Assembly (NCBI GenBank): GCA_051530055.1
Contig: CM121341.1
Coordinates: forward strand, 10,580,784-10,644,783
From: Neoechinorhynchus agilis
Lineage: Eukaryota > Animalia > Acanthocephala
DNA length: 64,000 nucleotides
Direction of reading: 5' to 3'
This document shows positions 40,576 through 53,929 of the stretch, in pieces. Position numbers and translations under genes: made by a program. Below the pieces are notes generated by a model. That model made no database searches, was not told the DNA's origin, and saw only the letters and a program-made list of their open reading frames with translations. Position 1 is the first letter of the stretch. Each line of letters starts with the position of its first letter.

Positions 40576-42554
40576 ATTATAAAATCCTAGAAATTTTATA
40601 TTCTTTAGTGAAGAGGCAAAAACTCAGCGCTCCCACGAGCTAGAAAACTTCACGATAAAAATTTCCACATGCGGAATTTCACGAGAAATTTGACGCTCAA
40701 ATAAACGCAGTTTTCTGCAAGGTTACAAACTTTCGATGTAAAATTTTTCTAATTTAAGGAATACTATTCGATTTCAGGAAATTTTCGAAAACGTTTTATC
40801 TGATAACAATAAGGCTCGATAATCCTTTTTTAATTTAATTTTTTAGCTTAACTTCATTGTAATTTGTTTATGGAGATGAAAGTGTGCTTCTACTGAATAA
40901 AAAACCCTTTGTTTTACTTCCACCCTGTTAATCCCCAGAGAAAAGTATTCACTTTTTCATTCGGAACTGATACGATGACTCGTTTGATGGTCCTTCCTGG
41001 CAGCACCAAATGGACTTTAGACCACTTAGCTCTCCGGACTGTGCTACTACTGAATAAAAACCTTAATGAGGTAACCGAACACCGTCCCGGATTCAGGTTG
41101 TATATACAAAGCCGAAGATGGATAAATATTTCATTCAGTTCAATAGAAAGCTACAAAGAATTTCGCTTGATGCAAACATTGATTAAAATGGACTGCTAAA
41201 ACCGTTTTAAAATACAGACTTATTTTCTGATAAGCAAAAAACCACCTCTTGCAAAATACAATTTCCTAATTTAAGATTTATATAAGACGTAGATGGCTAA
41301 ATTTACCAAAATGCTGCAAAAATGTGAGTCGAATGTTTCCAATCAATCAGATGGAGAGACGTTCTCGACGTGGCAGATTGCCGGTCCACGGTGGCAGCAA
41401 CTAGAGTGCGAATTATATAAATAGAGCTAGACAGCACGCATTAATTTTATCCAGAAGAGCGCAGAGAACGGGTGGTCGCAGTTAGTTTGTCTTTATAGAC
41501 GCCCAATTTACAATTGTGTTTATTTTCGTCGCAAACAAAACAGTTATTATTTTAGTCTTTCCTCGACACCCGTGAGAGAGATCGTTATATATATTCCGAA
41601 TGATTGAATCAGCCATTGTATCAATTCAAATTAACACTTAAACAAATTGAGTTGATAATGACTGATTCAATCAGTTGAAATATGTCACTTTCTTTTTTCT
41701 TAGTTTTCCCACCTCACCGGATTAAAAAATTTACTAATTTATTTCGCCGATATTTCACCTCTCGGATAATTCCGGCATTTCGTCAAGGTTTATCGTTGTT
41801 TGTACGTTTTTTCAACTATACAAGCAATTTTAATTTGACATTTGTACGACCCAGATATAGTTGATATTTTTGCTTAGCTTTCGCCGTTTTGCGGCTTCAA
41901 TTGGGCAATTGTTTGCAATTAAAATTAAGACATACGCCTGGAAAATCAAGCAACGATTCACGCTATTTTGTACAAGCAGTGACAAACCTTGAAAAAATGC
42001 CGGAATTATTCAAGAGGTGAAATATCGGGGAAATAAATAAATGAACTCAAATCCCCATGGGGTGCCAAAATTATCACAAGACAGTCGAAATATATGTTCG
42101 ACTTTAACGATCTCCGTAACGGAAGTTGACGATCGGCTAAAATAATAACTGTTTTTTTGTCAAGGCGAAATAAAGAAAATAATTTTATTAATATTTCGTC
42201 TTCTACGTGGGTTTTCTTTAAAATTGCCACAAAACAATAAAATATCTAACCACTCGAATGCGATCTTCAACGAAAAACACTTACGGCGAATAAATTTTAA
42301 ATAATTCCGTGTGTAGTACTGGTTGATCTCTAATAGTGAACGCTCAGGCAAGATTGTGGATCATTTGAACTTCGGAATGTTCTTTGACCTGTAAAATCAA
42401 AAAACGGAACTCCGCAAATGAACATTTTGATTCGTACTTGGATAAATGCGAAGCACATTCGGTCTTCATTTCAGCGTGCGTTGATCCTCAACCCACGGGG
42501 ATTTATTTCCTATACACAAAAAAACTTAGAAATTAGAAACGAATGAATTAAAAC

Positions 42555-42735
42555 CGAGGGAATTGCCTCTTATGGGATGCAACCTGCATCGACACCATGG
42601 CCAAGTCCTTCGCTGATTTAGCCAGTAAAGGCTCCGGCGCTGTAGCGACCGCAGCCTAGGGTCGGAAAGCGGCAAAATACGCTGAGCTGAGGGCACGCTT
42701 CCATTTCGTGCCTTTCAGAATCGAAACGTTCGGGG
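42555..42735 (+). mobile_element. CRE-type fragment
   Basis: LLWDATCIDT...KAAKYAEL..RFHFVPF..ETFG. Confidence 0.7.
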
Positions 42736-43494
42736 CCAACAAAACATCTCCCTCGCAGTACAACGAGGGACCGCGGCTACACAGAACATTATCTTCCAAA
42801 ACTTGTAAATTTTAATAAATTCAATCCTCTGCCAAAAAAATGAATTAAAAACTTTAAAATCAATTAGCAAGCACTGACAACCTTTTAAACTATCAATGCA
42901 TTTCATGCGACGAAAAGACCGTTGTTAAACCTTAAGGAAACGACACGACGGAATAAAGATAACATCACGATATGCCCAAATAGTAAACTCAGCCAATGTT
43001 CAAATAAATATTTTGTTCACCAGGAAACGTATCACATAGAATCATGAATACGAAAGAAACTTTTAAATCTACGATTGAGGCGAAAAGCTTCCATTAAAAT
43101 GGTTCAGTCGAGAACGTGACTTCGGATGCATTTGGCATCAATTTTTAAGGACTGTGTACACTGCAAAATGTAAGCGTGAAGGAACGCTGTATACGTCCTT
43201 TCGACCATTACTACAACTGAGTGATTCATATCAATGGCGTGAATGTTTTTAAACTCCGCTTAGACTTATTATTTAAAAGTCTTCACTCGGTAGACCCAGA
43301 TATAGTTGATTTATTTGCTTAGCTTTCGCCGTTTTACGGCTTCAACTAATATTTAAAAACTTACAAAGAATTGCCCAGTTGAAGCCATAAAACGGCGATA
43401 GCTAGGCTAATAAATAAACTGGATCTAGGTGGTACAAATGTCAGATTAAAATATTTAACGCCTAGATTTTAAGCCATAAGATCATTCACACCAC

Positions 43495-43580
43495 CGCTCT
43501 TGAACACTCGGCTTCTTTCCTGGTGCAACGGTTGAAAGGACGGATGCAGCGTTACCTCGCTGCACAACTAAGCTCGTGTT
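43495..43580 (-). mobile_element. CRE-type 3' end fragment
   Basis: VQRGNAASVLSTV; nucleotide similarity to 49540-49615. Confidence 0.6.
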
Positions 43581-44005
43581 TTGCAGAAGGAATGCTCCTA
43601 ATCTCGGATCGCCAGTAAATCAAAATTAATATTTTTTCGCTTAAAAACGTTCTTCGAACCTCGTCGGGCGTCTTTTTAATAACAAACAAGCTAATGATGA
43701 ACCCAACGAAGTTCGCAGAACGTTTTTAATGGAAAAACTCATTTACCGCGTGTGAAGACTTAATCATATACTTCCCGGTACCTGCTCGCATATCGACATT
43801 TTGATATAAAAACTCTTTTTGTTAAAGTGGCTATATAGAACTAAAAAAAGAAAAACGGAATGCTTGCTTGGCTTCAGAGAAAACTATTCAACGAAACGAC
43901 GTTCTTTTAAGTCATAATTTGATTTTTGAGGAACACAAGAGCAAATCAAAGCTTTCATAACTTTTTGTTCACTAGGACCCAACGTTCATTTTGTAGCTTT
44001 GGGTC

Positions 44006-47000
44006 CTATATTGTTGATAGCTTGTACAATTCAGAGTACAGGCTCTCCTTAGAAATTAGTTCTTGATGAGTTCCACTTTCCGTTATTTTTCCCTTATCCA
44101 TTACGAATATATCATCGCAATCTTCAATTGTTCGCAGCCGATGAGCTATGCTTATGCTTCCCCTTCCCTTTTGAGCCTCTTCTAATGCAGCTTGGACCAT
44201 TTTTTCGCTCTCAGTATCGAGCGCACTCGTTGCCTCGTCCAACAGAAGAAGCTTTGGATTCCGAATTATTGCTCTAGCGATGCAAATTCTTTGTTTTTGA
44301 CCTCCACTAATCAAGGAACCTTTTGCACCAACGCGAGTGTCGTATCCGTCAGGAAGTTCACTCACAAAAGAATCGATATTGCACGTTTGAGCAGCCGCTC
44401 TAATCTCTTCAATCGTCACTTGTCGGTCGGTATCGCCAAATGCGATATTTTCAGCAATCGACCAGTCAAACAATACCGGTTCTTGTCCAACGAATCCCAA
44501 TTTCTTTCTGTACGATTTGATGTTAAGATCGCGAAGATTGTGACCATCAATCAGTATATTGCCATTAACCGGGTCATAGTACCGTTCTAGTAATTGTAGA
44601 ACAGTCGACTTTCCAGATCCGGATGAACCAACGAGGGCAATACTGCGACTGCTAGGGATGTGTATGTTCATGCTACGCAAAACTGGCACTCCTTCGCGTG
44701 TCGGATACTCAAAATCCACATTTTGAAATTTGATATCGCCGTTAAAGTGGTCGATTTCGATTCCGTCCGTAGACATACTGTCGATCTCAGGTTTTCTCGA
44801 TAAAACCTTGTGAACTTTCACAGCTGCCGCCGTAGCTTTTCCTTGATCTGGTGCCATTGCTTGGATTTGACCTACGCCCATGGCAGCAAACATCAAACAT
44901 CCAAACACGAACATCATGTCCTCAGTTGACATGAGACCTTTTATCGCACAGTTGTCCATCGAGATCATTTGTGATAAAAAGACCTACAACTACATAAATG
45001 GCCTAGTTTTAATTCTAGTATTGTGCTCGGGCCAGGTTTATTTACGTCGACCTATTTGAAATAAATTCTAAATGCAAATAATTTTCGATTCGCATTCAAA
45101 GGTTACGTACTAAAACCACTCTTTGATTACTATCGCCTTTATTTCCCTTTTAGTAGTTATCCCCATCCGGATTTAAATTCATAGATTTATTGCCGATGTT
45201 TCACGTCGGATAATTCCGACATTTCTTCGAGGTTTGTCATCTCATATTTAAAAACTTACAAGCATATTTTGGGATGATAAACCTTGAATAAATGTCGAAA
45301 TTATTCGACATGAAACATCCGCAATAAATCTATGAATTTAAATCCGGATGGGGATAACTACCAAAAAAAAGTATCTTTTCCCCGAAGATATAGCCTCTTT
45401 ACCTTCAGTAACAGCAACACGAACCGAATAAGTCGAGTTCGATGTTGAATCCTGAGTTATTACCAATTTTGGATTTCCGGTTGATCAATTTTGCTTCTAA
45501 GAAGAAGGCTATCTGCAATAACAAATTGCCCTCAGCAATTATGCAAACATTCTAGGTTTCCTTAAAAGCCTCAATAAATCTACATTGGACAATCCACTTA
45601 AACTCAGTGGACAAGCGTACAAAACAATAAAGTTCGCTCCAGCGTAGTATCCTGTCGCAAGTGCAAAAAACACGATTCCTTGAGAGAAGCCGAATATAAG
45701 TCCTGCGAAAATGCTCTTCTTAAAGTTCTTACTATACGTGTCCTCCACAATTTTTTCATAAAGTTCAATGAAATGTCTGTGAGCATTTAGTTGTTTTACC
45801 GTTCGGATATTCGCAGTGGCCTCCGTTGCAATTTTTCCTGCTGTTTCAAGTAACTTTTTGTCCTTGACGTCAAACCCTCCCATTATTTTCATTTGAACAA
45901 ATCCAGAAATTATAAGGACTGGAATAAATGCGATGATAACGAGGCATAGTTGCCATCCAAACACAAAGGCGACGACTGTTCCGGTTCCAAGAATTGCGAA
46001 TGTAGAAACTACAACACCTAGCCGTGTTCCCGTAGCTCCTTGAACAGACGCGGCTTCGGTTGAGAGCATGGTACAAACACTGCCAACACTATTTTCCTCC
46101 AAATCAAAATATCCTATTTCTTGGCGAAGAATAGCTTTAAACAATCGTTCTCGTATTCGTTTGGTTAAATTCTCTCCCGATATTCCGAATGCAAGCCCTG
46201 CTCCGAATTGCGAAATGAGCGAACAGAGACCAAAGATAAAGAAGAGTAACGAATAAAGATCAACTCGTCGTTGTCGTTCGTCAGCATTGCAATGAGCAAA
46301 CACTAGTAGAATTCGAGCCATATAAATTTGGAAAAGAGTCTGCAGCGTGCCAAAGATGGCTGCACAAATGCAACCAACAATCATGTTTATCAAGGGATTA
46401 CAAGCCAACAGGTACTGGAAAAAAACGGAAATTTTATCAGTCGTCAGATCTTCATCTAAAGCAAATCATTTGCTAATGCCAAGATTAGCTTGAAATCCCC
46501 TGATCTGTGGCACTTCTGGCTTGTTAAGTATGAAAACTTCCTTTATCGCCTGCCTTGTAATTTGCTTTTCCTCAGCTTCCGCTTCTTTAGGTTCATCTTC
46601 CTTTATGGATCCTTTTTCGCTTGCAACTGCTGTTTTATCAGAAAATGTACCTCTCTTTGAATGTAGTCTAGCTCTCTCGGGCTTTTTCTCAGTCCCTGTC
46701 GAATACGCTTTTACCAGTTTGTTATAAATACCATCGATCAACATTAACTCATCGTGAGTTCCCTGTTCAGCAGCACGGCCATTATCAATGGCCACGATCA
46801 GATCGGCGTTTCTTATAGTCGAAAGTCGATGAGCGATGATCACCGTTGTACGACCTTTGCTAGCACTTTCCAGAGCTTTCTGAACAGACCGTTCACTTTC
46901 AGCATCGAGGGCACTGGTCGCTTCGTCCAATAAAAGAATCTTCGGATTATTAATAATTGCACGTGCAATCGCAATTCGTTGACGCTGTCCACCGCTCAGA

Positions 47001-49063
47001 GTCGATCCAGATTCTCCCACAAATGTGTTGTATTTATCAGGTAGCATATCGATGAACTCGGTAGCGTTAGCTACTTCACAGGCTGCTTTAATTTCTTCAT
47101 CGGTTGCATCTTTCTTTGCCATACGGATGTTATCAGCAATAGTTGCCGAGAAAAGGACCGGCTCCTGACTTACCAAACCAATGAAACTTCGATAACTTTC
47201 TAGTGCTAGTTCTCGAATATCCTTAGAACCCAGTTTTATAGAACCGTTTAATGGCTGGTAGTACCTTATTCTAATGATTATCATCTTTGTATAGATAAAT
47301 AAAGTGAAGAAAATAACCACTAGTTTAAAAGGAGCTGAACAACAGTAGATTTTCCACAGCCACTCTCACCAACCAAGGCAGTTACTTTGCCCTTTGGAAT
47401 CGTAAGATTCATGTCTTTTAGAACAGTTATTTCCTTGCGTGTAGGATAGGCGAACGACACATTGTCGAAATGAATTGATTCATTAAAATCGGTAACCGAA
47501 GATTCTCTTACCTTAACCTCGGTTTTCAAATATTCTTCATACTTTGCTTTCTCCGCGTTTTCTTCAGTGGGTGAATCAATTATTTCGTATAACGGCTTTC
47601 CTGACGCTCTGGCTTCACTCACAGCACCAAAATGAGGAATAGTTCCACCAATATTGAAGACCGCTGTAAGTATACTGAAAAATACTATCAGTAATCCACC
47701 AATCGTGAGTTCTCCCAATTTAATCAATTTCGCTCCATACCAGAAACCTATGGCGTAAGTCGAAAAGACCACAAACCAAAGAGAAGCCTGCATCAGTGAT
47801 GTGAATGCGGACTTCTTTATTCCCTGACTTTTAGCCGCTTTGAGATGAGTAACATACTTTTCGGATAGGATTTTCTGACCATTGAATGCTTGTACTGTAC
47901 GTATGTTTCTACGGAAATGTTTCATTTCCTTTTAAGAAATTAATCGAAATGGGTCCGAAAGCTTTTAAACTTTCCTTGTTAACGCATATTTGGTCAACCT
48001 GTAAAAAGCGATTTTCTCTGATGTATTCTAAACAAGTTACGGGATTTAAGAGATAGTATATAAAATTTTGTTCATTATCTCTCAAAATGCGCTTCAATTA
48101 TTCTAGATAGGGGACTTTTCGGTTCTTTAGATGGTTCTCCGGTCCAAATTCGAGCTTTATAACCTAGAAACCTTCCCGATTTGAAGAAGACAAAAGGAAA
48201 CATTTCAACTTAATCGTTTGCTGAGCCACACTTCCTGCTTTTGCATAAGACTTACTTTCCTTCTTTGTCGACGAGAATGTGACTAATGTCGATAAAGTTG
48301 CCGATAGTATCAACGGTGGCGACACCGCAATCATGACCAGAGACAGTTTCCAACTTTTAACAAACGCAATGATTATAATTGCTATGGTGGTAGCTGCAGT
48401 TTGTATAATCATTCCTATTTTATCACCTACCCCACTTTTGAATTTGTTAACATTTTCAACAAGATAGCTGTTGACCATTCCGGCATCGTGGACATCGAAC
48501 CATTCAATTGGATTCGCCATAACAGCTCTGATCACGTTTCTTCGAAGGTTGAGAACGATATGTTCAGACGCTGCAGATAGAGCTGCCAATTCTATTCCAG
48601 CGGTAATGAAAGAAGCGATTCCAATCAGTGTGAAGTATAGGGAGTTTCGTGAGATTGGCTTAAGTAGGTCAACTTCAGGTAGAGTGATATTTAGACTTGT
48701 AAGATTACATTTAAATATAAGTTCGTTGAAGTTACTTTCATCAACCTCAGGTGGACAAATGTCGCTTATATTTGTATAATCGAGAATTTGACAAAATCTA
48801 TCACTTATAAAATCGTCCGTGTTCTCTCCATAGACGATCATCATCAGAGGCCATACTATGGAGAACCCTAATGCGAATATCCAACCGATAGCTGTTAAAA
48901 TTAGAGCTTTCTTATCGGCATACTTGAACAATTCTCTATACGTTAGAGCTGACGAATCGGTTTTCAAATACTTGCGAATGATAGCAACGATATTACTAAG
49001 TTTAAACGTTTCTAATAGTCCTTCAGACTCTTCCTCGTCCTTTTCATTTTGGGGTTTACCCAT
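44006..49063 (-). CDS. ABCB1: ABCB1/P-glycoprotein full transporter, 5 exons, ~1298 aa
   Basis: Two TMD-NBD halves with GESGCGKS, LSGGQRQRIAIAR, GSSGSGKS and ISGGQKQR; removing four stem-bounded introns gives one continuous ORF of typical size. Confidence 0.92.
44943..45623 (-). other. Stem-bounded non-canonical intron, ABCB1 #4 (681 nt), containing a family-A palindrome at 45154-45361
   Basis: ATT GT|TTTG...GCGAT|A AAA gives GANFIVKGLMS; stem TTGTAC-TTGTCCA / TGGACAA-GTGCGA; register uncertain by a few nt. Confidence 0.7.
46385..46504 (-). other. Stem-bounded non-canonical intron, ABCB1 #3 (120 nt, contains an in-frame stop)
   Basis: CAG|ATCAGG...ATAAAC|ATG gives EVPQMIVG; stem ATCAGGGGATTTCAAGCTAA / TTGGCTTGTAATCCCTTGAT with 2 G-U pairs. 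Confidence 0.8.
47268..47326 (-). other. Stem-bounded non-canonical intron, ABCB1 #2 (59 nt)
   Basis: TT|AAACTAG...TTAGAAT|A AGG gives KSTVVQLLLRYY; TAA direct repeat; stem CTAGTGGTTATTTTC / GATGATAATCATTAG with 3 G-U pairs. Confidence 0.85.
47911..48211 (-). other. Stem-bounded intron, ABCB1 #1 (301 nt; the +2 register is GT-AG)
   Basis: ATT|AAGTT...TCCGT|AGA gives QQTIRNIRTV; TA direct repeat; stem GAAATGTTTC-CTTTT / AAAAG-GAAACATTTC. Confidence 0.75.
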
Positions 49064-49379
49064 TTTCGAAGGGAATTCTGGGGCGCAAATGCGTTAGCTG
49101 TAGATATCGAAGTGTGCCGGTTTATACTTTCGTACTCTTATAACTCACAGATGCATCACACAAAGCAAAGATGTAGCTCAGTTTTCGTTATGAATCAGCA
49201 GCACTTTTCTTCACTTGGGCGTGAATGAAAACAGCATGTAATAATCGTGAGGTTTCTTACGATAATATCTATTCGATGTTGTTTTTAAATAAACTCGTTC
49301 TATTGTTCCAGTATCCTTGGCAGCTTGTAAATAAGTACAATTTTGAAATAGTTGGACCACGCTCGTAGCCAGCAAAATG

Positions 49380-49620
49380 AAATTCGCCACTGTTAAAGCC
49401 GCTGAGGATCGCAAAAAGACTAAATACTGGGACTTGTGTCTGGTACCACAACGCAGGACCTAGTCAATCAATTGTCTAAGAGATTGAGACGAATCACTGA
49501 CGATCTTAGATCAAGAGAATTCCTCCTACAAAACATAAGTCTGCAACGAGGGAACGCTGCATCCATCCTTTCGACCGTTACATCAAGAAGTGATCCAGAG
49601 CGGTGGAATGAATGTTTATA
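49380..49620 (+). mobile_element. CRE-type 3' end fragment
   Basis: LLQNISLQRGNAASILSTV, preceded by AEDRKKTKY. Confidence 0.7.
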
Positions 49621-51388
49621 AATACTTTTTGTCCAGTTAAAAATGTCTTAGTTAATTTTTACGAAGAAATTCCAGTCGATTTTTAAAATAACCTGTTATT
49701 GATGAAAACATTTAAGAATTTATCTCACTTTATACATAAAGACAAAACACGAACTTTAGTCTCTAAATATGTGGCTCTGACATAAACGTAAGTTTCATCG
49801 TGTCGCAAAATTGAAGATCTAGTGACAGTTTTCTTCAACCGAAACGAGTTACTTTCAAGAGCGACTTGCATGTTATGACTTAGACTGTAATCGTACAAAC
49901 CAATAATAAAATTTGTACATAAAATAGGAAATGCGGAACATAGATTAGAACTTGGATTTTATGTAAGTTAAATAGCAATCTATAGTAAAAGCCCTTCGCG
50001 ACTTTGTGAAGAATTAAAAGCTTTTTGAGGCAATTGCTTTAATAAAAAATCTTTGCCTTAGATTGGGAAAGACACTTTCTTCGGGTACTTTTGCCACCCA
50101 GGAATCTTTAGATGAAAACGTAGTGTCGTTTACTAAGATTTATAGGAATTATTACAGTTAATTACAGACGAATTTAGTGAATGGTTTAAACTCAAGAGTT
50201 CTCGGTGACCCCCTGGATCCTAGACTTCGTTTATTGTGGCTTATAACAAAACATTATCATTCTTAACTAACGTCTGAAAACATTCTAGGCGTAAATTCAA
50301 ATCTTTATGTACTGGATAGTCACAAAAGTACGTTCTCCAAAGGAACTCATGTTTTAATCGCATTTTAAAAATAAAAGGTTACTTTTATCGTATTTGCGGC
50401 TAGCCGGTTACAATTTGGGCGTATTTTTGAAATGATCATACTTAAATGGTTGATTTCTCTTGGGCACGCAATCCACCGATACCTTGAATAAAGTAAGTGC
50501 ATAAAATCACACAATTGGTGCCGTCGAACCAAGCGCCGCAGAATTTTTAAACAAGATTGAAAATTGTTGGTCGATGCAACAAAGAAACCCGTGCGACCTA
50601 CTATTTTTATAAGAGAATCATCGGGTCAGAAGGGGAATTTTGGATCCTTAAGGCAATGGAGGATAAAGATGTTCCTCCATTCCCATCTGAACTTTTATCA
50701 AGTATTTCGATGAAACAATCCAGTGAACAGGAACTTCGATTTGTATATTATTAAAAATCCAGCATCACTATACACTTGGAGCTATATTTCCTTAAACTCG
50801 TTTTAAGACTCCCGTAGCTTAATACTTATTTTTTGGCTAAGTAATTCAATCTTTCAAAGTTTTGAAATTAGCATCTTCTTAGCAATAATCAACTTTTGTG
50901 TATGGTCCTTTCGAAAAGTGTTTCAAATATCGGCAATGGTTATTAAGAAAATTTCAATGATTCATATTTTCATTCGAGATTCAATGCTGAATTCAAAGAA
51001 TGTCGATTTTTTAAAACACCCTTTCAATCGAATCGATTTACAAACTGTTTTCTTATATTTCTTTATTCGACTTAGACTACGTTCTTGATAAACATTGCTT
51101 CTTCTTTGTTGTTTTTTTTGTGAAAATGGAATTAGAATTTATTGCATTAGTTTAAGAAATCTAATCACAAATGCTACTTTTCCCTTAATGTGTCTCCGTG
51201 CTTCGTGTTTGCTCGTAAAAATTCGTCAACTGTGCGATATTAACCTTCTATCTCGAGCCCGTTTTGCAACTTTGGTCTGTTTACCGATGCAAACATTACC
51301 AGATTCTGTGATAAAAGAATAAGATTGATCTACGCGTTCGTACTGCTACTTTCCTTTACGCTTTCATAATTCTTTCAATCAGAAGTTG

Positions 51389-53107
51389 ATGAGTGCTAAA
51401 GTATTAGCGATCGGAATAATGATTGTGTGCATTGTTGGAATTTATTTGGTTCTGGATTACAACAACAATATGGAAACTATGTCGTCGCCTTTTGTTCTAG
51501 AAGTTAGTGATACAAGTCGTCCACACTTTCACGCAAGATTAAACGCCATCAAGAACTATTTGGGTAGTCTATCGATCCATATAAATACAAAAACAACCGA
51601 GGATATTGACTACATTATACCAAATTCAAAGTTAAAAGCGAATCCAAAGATAATTGATACATTTGATCTTCAAATCAATCGGCTAGCTTTATTTGAACGA
51701 CTTATGAATTGACGGTGATACCCAAGGCACTAGAAGTAATTTGTTTCTTTATGCATATGATACATTTGAAAAGTGATGCGAACCTACACTTTTAATTAGA
51801 ATTTAACGATTTTGCATTTAAAAATCAGTAGAGCAATTCCTTATACGTTGTGTAAAGTCATTTCACTTCAATTTCCTTAAAATATAAGTAGGACCATTGC
51901 GGGACTCATCTGCGAAGCACTTTGTGATATTTTTAGGATTTATTTGAAAATTTTCCAATTTAATATTATTTTTTAGATCATCAATATGCGCTTTCGGTGA
52001 CGGCTAATTTCCCTGATCACCATCATTACACTTTTAAACAATGGTCACAGGATCAACTGCTAAGAAACAAAAGCGTGGTGTATACTTGCAAGACAGTTGG
52101 CTGTGGTGGTTGGGCAGATCGCGTTAAGGGTATTTTGTCTGGTACTCTGATGGCGATCCTCACAAACCGACGATTTTTCATTGATATTGAACATCCGTGT
52201 CGATTGGAAAGTGTTATGAATGCACGAATCAACTGGATATACTCGAAATCAAACGAAATTAATTCGACTATTAAGGATTTGCAGCTTATTAGAGATAAGA
52301 AAATCCACGATGAATTTCGGAAAATGGTAACAACTAATGATTTTCATCAACTGACTAATTCTAGTGAAATTCACATCACAACAAACGATTTATGATTGAT
52401 GACTATCATTGTTCTCTTATCTCTCACAAGGGATATTTTCTTTTAATGTTTGGCCATTGATAGCCATCCATGTAATTCTACCACTTATAAATGCGTCCGT
52501 AAATCGCATTTTAACAAATCCCAGTTGGCTTCAAATCGATACGTTTTACCCTACGGTATACGATCTTCTTTTTAGACTTAATAAAGACGCAGAAAATGTT
52601 TTAAAGTCTATTTTATACGCTAAAGGTGACGAAAAGCTCATTTGCGTTCAAATACGTCTCGGTCGCAGCTCCTCTTTGCCGCAAGACGCTGAAATGGTGA
52701 TATCAAGAAATCGAGGAAATTTGACGAGTGAAGTGCTTGAATTCTCGAAAAACCTTTCTGATACCCACGGCGGTGCCAAAGTGTTCGTTACCACTGATTC
52801 AGAAGATGTGCGTCAGGAGGCAAAAAGTTTTCTCCGCAATATAATGATCGAAACCGAAGGTGTCATAACTCACATTGACCGATCTAATCAGGATATCGCA
52901 TGTTCGAATCTTAAAAAAGTAATGATCGATTTTCATATACTAGGAATGTGCGACATAAGTATAATTAGTAACAGTGGGTTTGGATTCTTCGGAAATTTAA
53001 GACGAAAAAGGCCGTATAAGGATCTCTACCTATATTGTAGAGGAATCCACAAAATTGGTTCTAAATCGGAATGGGATAAAGCAAGGTGGAGAAACCTTCC
53101 CTGCTGA
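51389..53107 (+). CDS. Type-II membrane fucosyltransferase-like GT-B protein; tentative exons 51389-51509, 51704-51731, 51975-52391, 52474-53107; ~399 aa
   Basis: N-terminal TM; CGGWADRVKGI, ICVQIRLG, KVFVTTDSEDV and IDFHILGMCD...SGFG resemble fucosyltransferase motifs; the first two junctions are tentative. Confidence 0.7.
51510..51703 (+). other. Tentative stem-bounded intron, fucosyltransferase-like #1 (194 nt)
   Basis: G|ATAC...GACTT|AT; 7-bp stem AAGTCGT / ACGACTT; frame-consistent with the next junction, but no homology check is possible. Confidence 0.4.
51732..51974 (+). other. Tentative stem-bounded intron, fucosyltransferase-like #2 (243 nt)
   Basis: TAGA direct repeat, T|AG...TT|A; weak stem AGAAGTAAT / ATTATTTTT; a 241-nt GT-AG alternative exists in another frame. 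Confidence 0.4.
52392..52473 (+). other. Stem-bounded non-canonical intron, fucosyltransferase-like #3 (82 nt)
   Basis: TT|ATGA...CATGT|A ATT joins two ORFs and removes a stop; TA direct repeat; stem ATG-GATGACTATCA / TGATAGCCATC-CAT. Confidence 0.75.
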
Positions 53108-53929
53108 ACTAAAAACGCACTAGAGTTCAAGAATAAACATTTTCTGCGAGTGAAGGATAAAAACAATGTGAATCTACGATTTTTCACGTTGTGTTCGTCG
53201 GAAATTAAAGGATATGAAACTTAGCGTCTTTGGTAAAATTAGCGAAATATATTTAGAAGATGAACACAAAAATATCCGACGAAAAAGCATGTACTTGTAA
53301 TTAAGTGAAAATACAAAATAAAACAAAAACACAAAAGGAATCGAGCAAATTCATTAGGACCCGGTTCGAAAAATAATTTTATTGTAATGAAATACGAAAT
53401 TACATATTTAAAAACTTACATGCAATGATTGATAAAGAGAGGTTTCCTCTTTCGAAATATTTCGCGAACAATAAAATGATTTCTAACTGGGTGATTATAT
53501 TCTAAGCAAGTCAAAATTAAGCATGAATAAAAACAACCCAAAATGAACGTATCAACGAAAAGACGAATGTGTGTACAAAATAAACATTTAATTTTACAAG
53601 CACAAGTACACAAATAGCAAAAGCAAATACTTTTGTTATTTAAACTTTGTTTTTTCCTTCCTTGCTCTTCATGGATTGATCACCTGTTAATTGGGCGGGT
53701 GGAATAAAAGGAAAAGAGTGGGATTCGGAAGGATAACACATAGAGAGTGTTTCTTGGATTGGTATGGCACGCTTGTACAATAAATAAAAACAATAAATAA
53801 AAGCAACTAACCTACCAAAAACAATTTTACCTATCACAGTCAACTTACCTAAGGTAAAAGGTTCGGTGACTTATTCTTTTTCCTCTTTCAAATAAAACGT
53901 GTTTATATCCGCATTCCTCCCTCGTCGTC

